Positions 45,102 to 54,044 of a stretch of DNA of 64,000 bases are shown in pieces. Location of the stretch: NCBI GenBank assembly GCA_044227805.1, contig JBGAWA010000005.1, positions 6,818 through 70,817 of the forward strand, written 5' to 3'. Under the pieces are notes generated by a model that saw only the letters and a list, made by a program, of their open reading frames with translations, was not told the origin of the DNA and ran no database searches. This stretch comes from Chitinophagales bacterium (GTDB lineage: Bacteria > Bacteroidota > Bacteroidia > Chitinophagales > UBA10324). The position numbers and the translations under genes were made by a program. Every line of letters starts with the position of its first letter. The stretch's first letter is position 1.

Positions 45102-46055
45102 ATGACCAGAAAATGTAAGTGGCTTACCGTAGTGATGATCATGGCGCCGCTGTTGTTCCTGCACGCTCAATCCATCCGCATCACTGCCACACTCGATTCC
45201 ACCAATTACCGGGTAGGTGACTGGATCCGCATTCAACTATCCGCCGAACATCCTTTCGAAACAAAAATGCGCTGGAACCGGCCGGTGGTGATAGATGCAC
45301 CCGGTTTTGAAAAGCTGGCGGAATCTGCTATTGACTCTATTGAGCATAATGATTTTCTCACCGAAAGGAAGATGATCACCGTCACTACATTTGACACCGG
45401 CGTATGGCAGATTCCGCCGATTACCTGCTACTACGAGCAAAAGGGCGTTATAGACAGTGCTTCATCAAATCCACTGTCAGTTTATATTGCGGCTGTTGCC
45501 ATCGACACTGCTGCCGCTGCCCGCCCGCTGAAAGGGATATTTACTATTGCGGCGACCGGTCAAAGTATAGCATGGTACCTTTTGCCATTCCTTTTATTAA
45601 TCTTGATTGCATTGGCCGCCTGGAACTATTTCCATCAAAAAACGAAATTAAATAAACACCAATCACAGCCTGAGGCGGATACACGGTTACCCCATGAAAA
45701 AGCTTATGACCTCCTTATGTCGCTGGAATTAGAAAAACCATGGGAACACGATCTGGTAAAGGAATACTATGTGCAAGTGACGCAAATTTTAAGGGAATAC
45801 ATTGAAACGGGGCTGGAACTGCCGGCACTCGAAAACACCACGCAGGAACTGCTTGTTTCCCTGCGAAAAAAATCACTGGATGAAAAATTAATCCTCCAGC
45901 TAAGTGATGACCTGAACCTGGCTGATCTCGTGAAGTTTGCCAAAGTACAACCGGCAACAGCTTCACACCTGCGAATTTTACATACGGTGAAAGACTTCAT
46001 TCAAAAAACAACACCTGTCACCCACTTACCGGCACCGGAGGGCCAGGCTGAATGA
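45102..46055 (+). CDS. Bat-operon membrane protein (BatD-like N-terminal domain plus TM plus DUF4381-like C-terminal region)
   Basis: Signal peptide, one central TM (WYLLPFLLLILIALAAW), then a helical C-terminal part. Its position between DUF58 and BatA is typical of Bacteroidota Bat operons. Domain naming is tentative. Confidence 0.6.
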   Translation: MTRKCKWLTVVMIMAPLLFLHAQSIRITATLDSTNYRVGDWIRIQLSAEHPFETKMRWNRPVVIDAPGFEKLAESAIDSIEHNDFLTERKMITVTTFDTGVWQIPPITCYYEQKGVIDSASSNPLSVYIAAVAIDTAAAARPLKGIFTIAATGQSIAWYLLPFLLLILIALAAWNYFHQKTKLNKHQSQPEADTRLPHEKAYDLLMSLELEKPWEHDLVKEYYVQVTQILREYIETGLELPALENTTQELLVSLRKKSLDEKLILQLSDDLNLADLVKFAKVQPATASHLRILHTVKDFIQKTTPVTHLPAPEGQAE

Positions 46056-47032
46056 TTCACTTCGCGAATCCAGAATGGTTTTGGTTGCTGAATAGCATTC
46101 CGTTGCTGATTATTTGGTATATCCTGCGCCACCATACACTGCAGCAATCATTACGTCTCTCTACTATTTCTTTTTTCGATGCGCCCCGTTCAGTCGTCAT
46201 TTATCTGCGTCACAGTCTCTTTGTTTTGCGGTTGTTGGCTATTGCAGCATTGATTATCGCCTTGGCGAGGCCACAGGCTGTACTCTCAAAAACCAGCATT
46301 GCCAGTGAAGGGCTCGATATTGTATTGGCGATGGATATATCAGGGAGTATGCTGGCCCGTGATTTTGTTCCCAGCAGGTTAGAAGCTGCCAAAAAGGTGG
46401 TCGTTGAATTTATTGAAAAGAGACCCAATGATCGCATCGGAGTAGTATTCTTTGCAGGGGAAGCATACACCGGTTGCCCGACCACTATCGATCACCATGC
46501 CTTACAGCAGATTATCACAAATGTGAAAACAGGATCGATAGAAGATGGAACCGCTCTTGGACTCGGCCTTGGCACTGCAGCCAGCCGGCTGACAGAGAGT
46601 AAGTCCGCGACAAAGATCATTATCCTCGTCAGCGATGGTGAGAACAATGCCGGTGCAGTGAAACCCCTGGAAGCCGCGCAACTCGTGAAATCATTAGGCA
46701 TTCATACTTATTGCATTGGTATCTTTTCGCCGGCTGCTGAAAAAAAGCCGGTTACCGCCAATGACAGTGCCTATGCTGCTATGGGCGGTCCTACTGCTGA
46801 AACCACCTTGTTGCAGATAGCCGAAATAACAGGCGGTCACTATTTTCGAGCCGGTAATGAAAAAACACTGCAGGACATCTACCGGCAAATTGATGTGATG
46901 GAAAAAACGAAATTAGATGTCGCTGCTTTTCACCGGTATGAAGAACGTTTTTTCCTGCTGGCCATCATCGCAGCACTGGCACTGCTGGCAGAAATATTTC
47001 TTCGTTATACCCTATTCCGCACAACGCCCTGA
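46052..47032 (+). CDS. batA: VWA domain protein BatA
   Basis: N-terminal TM helices followed by a VWA MIDAS motif (DIVLAMDISGSM). ATGA overlap with the upstream gene. Confidence 0.85.
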   Translation: MIHFANPEWFWLLNSIPLLIIWYILRHHTLQQSLRLSTISFFDAPRSVVIYLRHSLFVLRLLAIAALIIALARPQAVLSKTSIASEGLDIVLAMDISGSMLARDFVPSRLEAAKKVVVEFIEKRPNDRIGVVFFAGEAYTGCPTTIDHHALQQIITNVKTGSIEDGTALGLGLGTAASRLTESKSATKIIILVSDGENNAGAVKPLEAAQLVKSLGIHTYCIGIFSPAAEKKPVTANDSAYAAMGGPTAETTLLQIAEITGGHYFRAGNEKTLQDIYRQIDVMEKTKLDVAAFHRYEERFFLLAIIAALALLAEIFLRYTLFRTTP

Positions 47033-48054
47033 TGCAGTTAGAACATCCATATTATCTTTTGGGTTGGCTGTTGCTGCCAGCGGTGGTGTTACTGTTTATA
47101 CATTACCGCAACTGGCGCAAGAAAGGGTTGAGACAATTTGGGGACTGGCCATTAGTCGCGCAGTTGATCGCAGCCAACAGTATTTCCCGGCCTGTTATTA
47201 AATTCTGCTTGCTGCTCACCGCATTCACACTCATCATCTTCGCATTGGCGAATCTTCAATATGGAACAGCATCGCGCAACATTCGCCATGAAGGTATTGA
47301 CCTTGCCATCCTGCTTGATGTCTCCAACAGTATGCTCGCTGCAGATGTGCCCCCCAACCGGCTGGAACTGGCCAAAAAGGCTGCCGCGCAATTGATAGCG
47401 GAAATGCCCGATGCACGGATTGCCTTCATCACCTTTGCCGCTATTCCGGTAATGCAAACACCGCTGACCATTGATCACCGCGCCGCACAATTACTGATCA
47501 GTGCTATCAGCGCTGAAGATGTGCCCGAACAGGGAAGTGATATCGGTGCTGCCTTGCTGGAAGGCATTCGGTCGCTTCCCGAAAATCAAAATCACTATCG
47601 TGCCATCGTTCTCATCAGCGACGGAGAAGACCAGGAAGGAGCACTGAAACAGGCCATTGACGCCGCAAGGGAAAACCAGGTGGTGGTCTGCACCGCAGGG
47701 TTGGGAAGTGAAAATGGCACCACCATTCCCATGAGTGAAGATGGAATCATCACTCAGAAAAAAGATCAGGAGGGTAATGTGATCGTCACCAAATTCAATC
47801 CTTCAACATTAAAAGCCATTGCCGGAAGTAATCATGGGATTTTTGTGAAGATGCAAACCGGCCACCGGGAAGCGGTGCGCAGCATTGTACAACACCTTGA
47901 CGCCCTCAATAAAAATCAGTTGGATGAACAGTTGCTGGTACAATATGAGTCGAGGTTTCAGTGGTTCCTATGCGCTGCATTGCTGTTGCTGACGATGGAA
48001 TTGCTGATAAGCAATCGAAAAATGGTTGGGTGGAGAAATCGAAAAGCATCATGA
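47032..48054 (+). CDS. batB: VWA domain protein BatB
   Basis: TM helices followed by a VWA MIDAS motif (DLAILLDVSNSM) and a C-terminal TM. TGATG overlap with batA. Confidence 0.85.
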   Translation: MQLEHPYYLLGWLLLPAVVLLFIHYRNWRKKGLRQFGDWPLVAQLIAANSISRPVIKFCLLLTAFTLIIFALANLQYGTASRNIRHEGIDLAILLDVSNSMLAADVPPNRLELAKKAAAQLIAEMPDARIAFITFAAIPVMQTPLTIDHRAAQLLISAISAEDVPEQGSDIGAALLEGIRSLPENQNHYRAIVLISDGEDQEGALKQAIDAARENQVVVCTAGLGSENGTTIPMSEDGIITQKKDQEGNVIVTKFNPSTLKAIAGSNHGIFVKMQTGHREAVRSIVQHLDALNKNQLDEQLLVQYESRFQWFLCAALLLLTMELLISNRKMVGWRNRKAS

Positions 48055-48689
48055 AAGACAAATTCATTCTCTATGCTGTCTGCTTGCTGCCGCTGCTGAT
48101 GATGACAGGGTGCTATTCAGCAATCGCACAAACACCGGAAGAACTGATGGTGAAAGGAAACCTTGCCTACGAAGCAAAAAACTTCGGTGAAGCGCAGCGC
48201 TTCTATGAAACAGCATTGTCACAATCCGGCGTGCTGCGTTTTCCGGAATGGCAATTTAACCTGGGCAATGCACTTTATCAGCAGCAGAAATTTACGGAAG
48301 CTTCTGTGCAGTTCAACCAGCTGGCCGCTGCGCACGTGTCCACCGCTCTAAAAGCTGCATCCTATTTTAATGCAGGCAATTGTTATCTCCAGCAAAAAAA
48401 TTATGCCGCCGCCCTTGCTGCCTACAAAAACACTTTGCGTCTTAACCCGCTGGATGAGGATGCACGGTACAATCTCACTTTCGTAACTGCCTTGATGGCA
48501 AAGAATGCACCTGCCGGCAAAGTGGCGGCCTCTATGTCAAAAGAAATTTATCAGCCGCCGCCGGAAGCCAACCTTACGCCGGAAGAACAACGCCGCCTGC
48601 TCGACCAACTCAATGCCGCTGAAAATCAAACCCTGCAGCAACGACCGAAAAAGCTGCAGCAACAAAAGAAGAATCTGAAAGACTGGTAG
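48051..48689 (+). CDS. batC: TPR-repeat protein BatC
   Basis: The ATG at 48051 overlaps the batB stop. Lipoprotein-like signal (LLMMTGC), TPR repeats (GNLAYEAKNFGEAQRFYETAL; GNCYLQQKNYAAALAAYKNTLRLNP) and a Gln/Lys-rich tail. Confidence 0.8.
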   Translation: MKDKFILYAVCLLPLLMMTGCYSAIAQTPEELMVKGNLAYEAKNFGEAQRFYETALSQSGVLRFPEWQFNLGNALYQQQKFTEASVQFNQLAAAHVSTALKAASYFNAGNCYLQQKNYAAALAAYKNTLRLNPLDEDARYNLTFVTALMAKNAPAGKVAASMSKEIYQPPPEANLTPEEQRRLLDQLNAAENQTLQQRPKKLQQQKKNLKDW

Positions 48690-48865
48690 CCGGTCTTCCC
48701 AAACAGCGCAACCGGCTTAATTCTGCCGGGTTTAGGTTGGCACCCTTAACCTATCTATCGCATTGCTGAACGGTAGCAGCAATATCGGAGGATAAAAGTT
48801 GTGTTTGATACATTGCTTGCGGCATTCAGGATTGCACCCGCTCGATTAATACTTTAAGGATACTG

Positions 48866-48919
48866 TTTTCGTTTTGAACCCTGCAAATGCTACATTTTAT
48901 AGTTCAAAACAGTTTTGCC
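48866..48919. repeat. Head-to-head pair of hairpin-1 core motifs
   Basis: GTTTTGAACCCTGCAAATG is immediately followed by CTACATTTTATAGTTCAAAACAG. It abuts full copy B. Confidence 0.45.
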
Positions 48920-49081
48920 TTAAACCCACATTTTGCAGTTCAAAGCGACAACGGGTTTAACCCCGACATAGAACTGCTTAGGGTTTGTGAAACATTTTCT
49001 TTTCTTGACAAATTGAGCAAACCCTTAGCAGTTCTGAGTCGTAGCGAAGCGGGATTTTTCCACTGAAAAATCCGGGTTAAA
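48920..49081 (+). repeat. Full-length copy B of the ~162-bp three-hairpin element
   Basis: Differs from copy C (62453-62613) at about 3 positions and from copy A at about 7, by manual alignment. Confidence 0.9.
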
Positions 49082-49190
49082 CCGGATCTTGATTAAAATA
49101 CTGCCTCATAGAGTAAAAGAAATGGACACGCCGGCAAGAAAGTATTAGTCTGCTCCTTAAGATTTGGTGGTTTTGTCGCTTACAGTAACT

Positions 49191-49230
49191 TTAGCCCATA
49201 TTTTACAGTTCAAAACAGCAGCGGATTTAC
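49191..49230 (+). repeat. Solo hairpin-1 module of the repeat family
   Basis: TTAGCCCATATTTTACAGTTCAAAACAGCAGCGGATTTAC is colinear with the hairpin-1 consensus. Confidence 0.5.
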
Positions 49231-49263
49231 CTATTGATTCAATACGTGACTAATTTTCCAGAC

Positions 49264-50856
49264 ATGATCGTAATGCGCATCTCCTTTGTGTTATTAATGC
49301 TGCTTCAGTTTTTTATGCCGCCATTCGCACATGCACAGGAAGTGGTTCGATGCGGCACTCAACAGATGCTGGATCAATACGAGCTACAACAACCTGGCAC
49401 TAAACAAGATGTTGAAAAAACTGCGATGGAGTCCCGCGAATGGTTGAAAAACAATCCCGGTGGAACAAGATCTGTTATTACCATACCCGTGGTAGTGCAT
49501 GTGATCTATAAAACAAGTTCCCAGAATATTTCCGACAAACAGGTGCAATCGCAAATTGATGTGTTGAATGAGGACTTTTTAATGGGCAATCCGGATACAT
49601 CAAAAATACCGGATGCCTTCAAGCCGCTGGCGGCCAATTGCCAGATACAGTTTTGCCTTGCCGCTTATGATCCCAATGGTGATTCCACCAGCGGCATCGT
49701 TCGGACAAGTACGACAGTGAGTCTGTTTACCACGGGGGACAGCATGAAGTTTACCGCGAAAGGCGGCGATGATGCCTGGCCGGCGAAGCACTATCTTAAT
49801 ATTTGGACGTGCAACCTCGGAGGAGGAGTATTAGGATATGCAACACTACCGCAGGGGAATTCGGGTAACTCAAAAACCGATGGTGTGGTAATTCTTTACC
49901 GTGCTTTTGGAAGAGAAGGCACCGTTGTGTATCCTTATAACCAGGGCAGAACATGCACCCATGAAGTAGGTCATTGGCTGGGCTTATCGCATACCTGGGG
50001 TGATGATAACGGCACCTGCAGCGGCAGTGACAACATCGATGATACGCCCAACCAGGCTGATGCTAATTTCGGCTGCCCTACTTATCCGTTGACTGATAAT
50101 TGTTCGCCCGTCGCTCCCGGTGTAATGTTTATGAATTACATGGATTATACAGACGATCGTTGTATGTATATGTTTACTAACGATCAGTCGGCTGTGATGA
50201 ATGCCACACTGAACGGAACGCGCAAGAGCATCTTAATTTCTCCGGCAGGCTGTCAGGGCGTTTATTTTGCCAATGATGCCGCGGTTTCCAAAATCATCCA
50301 TGCCACAGATACCATCAACTTTCTTTCATTCATACCACAGGTTCAACTCACCAACCGTGGATCAGGCGTGCTAAACAATGCCACCGTTTATTACCAGGTT
50401 GACGGACAGGATGCCGCCGTTAAATCATTCAATGGAACGCTTAACACCGGTGAGTCGGAGCTGATTGTTTTCGATGAATTGTATTTCACCAGTGAAGGCG
50501 ATCATATTGCCACAGCCTGGAGCACGCAACCCAACAATCAAACTGATGAGTTTATTTTTAATGATACGGCTTCGAACAGTTTTTCCGTGATCAGTACCAT
50601 CGGCAAAAACACATTCACCGTTACTCCCAGTTTTACGCACGGCCCCATCACCCTGCTTATTCAGAATCCTGCCGCCGGGGATATGGATCTGCGAGTGATC
50701 AACATGCTTGGCCAGGTCATGCAGCATCATTTTGTTACACTCGATTCACAATCTACACTTACCATCGACCTTTCAGATCTCTCGCCCGGTGTATATATCC
50801 TGTTTTCAAAAATCGGGTATGACTATGTACGCAATAAGGTGATGGTGCAGAGATAG
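49264..50856 (+). CDS. M43 (pappalysin/cytophagalysin-like) zinc metalloprotease with T9SS-type C-terminal sorting domain
   Basis: HEVGHWLGLSHTWGDD zinc motif. The C-terminal ~80 aa end in LSPGVYILFSKIGYDYVRNKVMVQR, which resembles a Por secretion tail. The ORF starts at a TTG at 49234, and ATGs lie at 49264 and 49273. Confidence 0.85.
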   Translation: MIVMRISFVLLMLLQFFMPPFAHAQEVVRCGTQQMLDQYELQQPGTKQDVEKTAMESREWLKNNPGGTRSVITIPVVVHVIYKTSSQNISDKQVQSQIDVLNEDFLMGNPDTSKIPDAFKPLAANCQIQFCLAAYDPNGDSTSGIVRTSTTVSLFTTGDSMKFTAKGGDDAWPAKHYLNIWTCNLGGGVLGYATLPQGNSGNSKTDGVVILYRAFGREGTVVYPYNQGRTCTHEVGHWLGLSHTWGDDNGTCSGSDNIDDTPNQADANFGCPTYPLTDNCSPVAPGVMFMNYMDYTDDRCMYMFTNDQSAVMNATLNGTRKSILISPAGCQGVYFANDAAVSKIIHATDTINFLSFIPQVQLTNRGSGVLNNATVYYQVDGQDAAVKSFNGTLNTGESELIVFDELYFTSEGDHIATAWSTQPNNQTDEFIFNDTASNSFSVISTIGKNTFTVTPSFTHGPITLLIQNPAAGDMDLRVINMLGQVMQHHFVTLDSQSTLTIDLSDLSPGVYILFSKIGYDYVRNKVMVQR

Positions 50857-50945
50857 CCTTCGCCATTTTCTTTTGTTAGCAATAGAAATTCGTAAAGCTG
50901 TGAAATTGGTTTCAGATTTTAGACGCGGAAAAGGAACCGCCTCTT

Positions 50946-51467
50946 CTATTTATATGCAGGATGTGCGTCAATGAATTTATACAGCGCCGCATCCGCTTTC
51001 TTTCTGATTTGATGGTGCAACAAAGTACTCCAGCCTAAAAAAATTCCGGTACTGCCTAATGCCATGCGTGACCACCTCCAAAGGTCAAAGTGATCTGTAT
51101 GCCGGTATATTTTACCATCCCTGAATTCAAAAGTCGCGTCAATCACATTCAGCACTTTACGGCCGCTGCCTGAAAAGGTATACGCGGCTTCCCAATGGCA
51201 GCTTCCCTTATTGCCATCTGCATACACATCGTGAAAGGTGAGCCGCAGGTCTCTGCCATTCAAAACCAACATGTGCCACATAGCCTTTGCTTCCTTTCCC
51301 ACCAGGTGCCGGAAAACAGGATCGGAAAAAATCACTTCCTCATGGTAACAGGCTTGCATAGAACGGTAGTCGCCGGACTGAAAGGCGCGGTAAAACTGAT
51401 CAATGACAAGAGAGGTCACCGCCGCGATACTGTCCGGTGGTTGCAGAAATTCCGATTGCTCTTTCAT
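50946..51467 (-). CDS. NTF2-fold (SnoaL-like) protein
   Basis: 173 aa. FYRAFQSGDYRSMQACYHEEVIFSDPVF and later EFRDGKIYRHTDHFD are typical of SnoaL-like/ketosteroid isomerase-like proteins. Confidence 0.7.
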   Translation of the reverse strand: MKEQSEFLQPPDSIAAVTSLVIDQFYRAFQSGDYRSMQACYHEEVIFSDPVFRHLVGKEAKAMWHMLVLNGRDLRLTFHDVYADGNKGSCHWEAAYTFSGSGRKVLNVIDATFEFRDGKIYRHTDHFDLWRWSRMALGSTGIFLGWSTLLHHQIRKKADAALYKFIDAHPAYK

Positions 51468-51500
51468 GGTGGTTGAAATTACGGAATGAGGATGGAATGC

Positions 51501-51655
51501 AACCCGGAATTTTCAATAGAAAAATCCTGCTTCGCTGCGAAGAACTGCTTAGGGTTTGTTCATCTTTACAAGAAAAGAAAATGTTTCGCAAACCATAAGC
51601 AGCTCTACGTTGGGGTTAAACCCGTTTTTGTCCTGATCGGCAAAAGGTGGGATTA
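51501..51655 (-). repeat. Diverged full-length copy of the three-hairpin element, inverted orientation
   Basis: AACCCGGAATTTTCAATAGAAAAATCC ... GAACTGCTTAGGGTTTG ... CAAACCATAAGCAGCTC ... GGGGTTAAACCCG ... GGTGGGATTAA is colinear with the reverse complement of the consensus. Confidence 0.75.
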
Positions 51656-52063
51656 ACGGCTGCTGACGAGACCGGCTCCATTTTTTTCCAGCACGATAGT
51701 GGTAATGCCATGCATACCATTCATGTCAACCGTTTTTAAACGATAAAAAAGTTTCATGCCCGGCTGCAACACAATTTGCGAATCAATAACCTGGTAGTGT
51801 GCACCAACGGCATAACGGTTTTTGGCGGGTACCATGGCCATCATCTCATAGTTGATGCCATCCAGCGAACGTTCAAGAACGAAACAATGGATATTTTTTT
51901 CGCGCTCGGTATCCCATTCAATGGTCACCTCATCGTCCGTAACATTGCTTTGCAGTCTGGCTACCACTTCATTGGTAACGGCATTTTTTGTCGTCTGTGC
52001 TGCTGATGGCTGAAAAGCCATCGTTATCACAAACAGGAGCGAAAGGCAGAATTGATGTTTCAT
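51653..52063 (-). CDS. Small secreted hypothetical protein (Ig/FN3-like beta-sandwich suspected)
   Basis: The ATG at 52063 gives the signal peptide MKHQFCLSLLFVITMAFQPSAAQ. 136 aa. No recognisable catalytic motif. Confidence 0.55.
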   Translation of the reverse strand: MKHQFCLSLLFVITMAFQPSAAQTTKNAVTNEVVARLQSNVTDDEVTIEWDTEREKNIHCFVLERSLDGINYEMMAMVPAKNRYAVGAHYQVIDSQIVLQPGMKLFYRLKTVDMNGMHGITTIVLEKNGAGLVSSR

Positions 52064-52281
52064 TGTATGAATTTTAAAAATGACCTGATAGTCCAGCAAA
52101 AGTAACCGGAGGCAGGAGGCACGACAAGTCCACTAAATGGGGACAACCGGCTGATGGCCTGGAGCAGGCACGAGCAGCCGCGGAGCGGTTTTCAGCCGTA
52201 ACGCAACTCAGTGGATAAATAATGTAATTTGAAATGAGGGCATTCGATGATGCTCAAACGCAAATTTGATCAGCATCAGTT

Positions 52282-53106
52282 TCAGAATGCGTAACTCAGG
52301 TATAATCCCTTACCGTTACCAAACATCGGGGAAATGCTCAGCCTGTCACCTTTATCAATACGGTGCAATTGAGGAATCAGGTAACCGATGCCGGCCCCCA
52401 CAATATAACCGGCCACCACATCACTCGGAAAATGCTTACCCGCCTTATACCGGGCGAAACCGATAAAAGCCGGAAAGGTAACGGCAACCGTCCATACTAC
52501 GGGTTTCAGCTTTGAATGTGGGTGAAAATCATTAAAAATTTTTGCGCCGCAGAATGAAGCACAGGCAGAGATGCTGGTATGCCCACTGAAAAATGATTCC
52601 TTCACATTGGAAGCGGTTCTTTCTTCAATGGTGAAGTCTTTGGTATTATAGGTTAGTGGCCGTCTTCTGTTTACAATCCCGGAGGTAAGGTTATAAGCGC
52701 CGGATCCTATCGTAATAGTTTCAACATACAGCAAAATCGTTGTAACCGCATTATCGTTAATGCGTCCGTCAGCAAGTGAGATCAGCGGTAACGCCAGGGC
52801 TGTATACAAAGCATAGTTGCTGGCATTGAGGTAAGATTGATTCGACTGGGTGACGGCGCTGATGTCAAAAGAAGGAATCTTGTCGGTATTGGTATCAGTG
52901 AGTGCCTGTTGCGTGGTAAAAGGTGTTTTACCGGTGCGGGCCAGCAATCCGCCCACATTCATTACTACGCCCGCAGTAAAATAGGCGAGCTCTTTGTTCA
53001 TCTTCAATTCATATGGATTATACGAATCCTGCGCTATGCATGGATGCATGATTCCGGGCACCAGCAAAATCAACCATATCACCTTTAAGGCAAAATTACT
53101 GCTCAT
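52282..53106 (-). CDS. PAP2 family phosphatase (membrane-associated)
   Basis: PAP2 motifs SFFSGHTS and KHFPSDVVAGYIVG. The ATG at 53106 lies within the ORF that reaches 53118. Confidence 0.8.
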   Translation of the reverse strand: MSSNFALKVIWLILLVPGIMHPCIAQDSYNPYELKMNKELAYFTAGVVMNVGGLLARTGKTPFTTQQALTDTNTDKIPSFDISAVTQSNQSYLNASNYALYTALALPLISLADGRINDNAVTTILLYVETITIGSGAYNLTSGIVNRRRPLTYNTKDFTIEERTASNVKESFFSGHTSISACASFCGAKIFNDFHPHSKLKPVVWTVAVTFPAFIGFARYKAGKHFPSDVVAGYIVGAGIGYLIPQLHRIDKGDRLSISPMFGNGKGLYLSYAF

Positions 53107-53274
53107 GAAAACTGTCACTCAAGTGATGAAAAGAAATAGTAAGAGATTTTGAGTTGATATCCCGTTGACCGTAATGACGAAAGGCATTCCGGCTGTGAGC
53201 TTGTTGTCGTCTTACTTTGTTGTGATTGATACTTCAGGAATAGCCCATAAAGAATTTGGTGCACATTTACCGGG

Positions 53275-53775
53275 CTACTTCAATTCAACCAGCACCTGAT
53301 TTTTCTCGACAGCATCCTTTGCCACTACCTTGATAGCTTTCACAATTCCGGCACCCGGTGATTTAATTACATTTTCCATTTTCATGGCCTCCAGTATCAG
53401 CACAGAATCGCCTTCTTTAATTTCCTGATCTACCTGTACCATCACTTTTAAAACCAAACCAGGCATAGGGGCCTTTATGGAATTCACCTTATGTACTGCC
53501 GCGCCTTCCATCCCCAGTTCCTTCAGCAAGGCATCAAACCGGTCTTTCACCTTCACCTGGTAAATATTTCCATTGACACGAATAGTAAAAGTCTTTTTTT
53601 CCTTGACCGCCTGAAGCACTTCACAGGTAAAAGAGCGGTTATCCTTAACAATGTGAAACCGCCGGTCACCGATAGAGATCTTATCCCAGCTACCCTGCAT
53701 GCCGTCTATGGTGAAATCGTTGCCGGATAACTCGATATCACGTTCTTTATCATGATCGACAGTTACTTTGTACAT
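53275..53775 (-). CDS. Biotin/lipoyl attachment domain protein (biotin carboxyl carrier-like)
   Basis: C-terminal biotinyl domain with LEAMKMEN. 166 aa. Confidence 0.8.
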   Translation of the reverse strand: MYKVTVDHDKERDIELSGNDFTIDGMQGSWDKISIGDRRFHIVKDNRSFTCEVLQAVKEKKTFTIRVNGNIYQVKVKDRFDALLKELGMEGAAVHKVNSIKAPMPGLVLKVMVQVDQEIKEGDSVLILEAMKMENVIKSPGAGIVKAIKVVAKDAVEKNQVLVELK

Positions 53776-54044
53776 GAATTACTTTTTTAGTCCGTTTGGA
53801 TTCACAAAGCAAACGATAAAATTGATAATTGTACATCCCGGCAAAAAGATTAATCTACCCGAAAAAAATGTTGCAGTCGGTCTTTATGCCATTGCCAGAC
53901 AGGAATCTATTCAATGGAAACCCTGAAACCGGCGTAGTTATCCGCAGTCACCGTTTAATTCTATTTTTGTTTATTCACGGGGAATTCACTGCCGGTAAGG
54001 TTGCCGGTGAGTGAAGCAGTGAATGAAGTGGCTAAATTAATCGA

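Noticed and set aside
43153-48689. MoxR-DUF58-VWA gene set considered as a possible novel defence or stress system
   Set aside because: Gene order, domain content and the TPR protein match the described Bat/aerotolerance operon of Bacteroidota, so the system as such is not novel.
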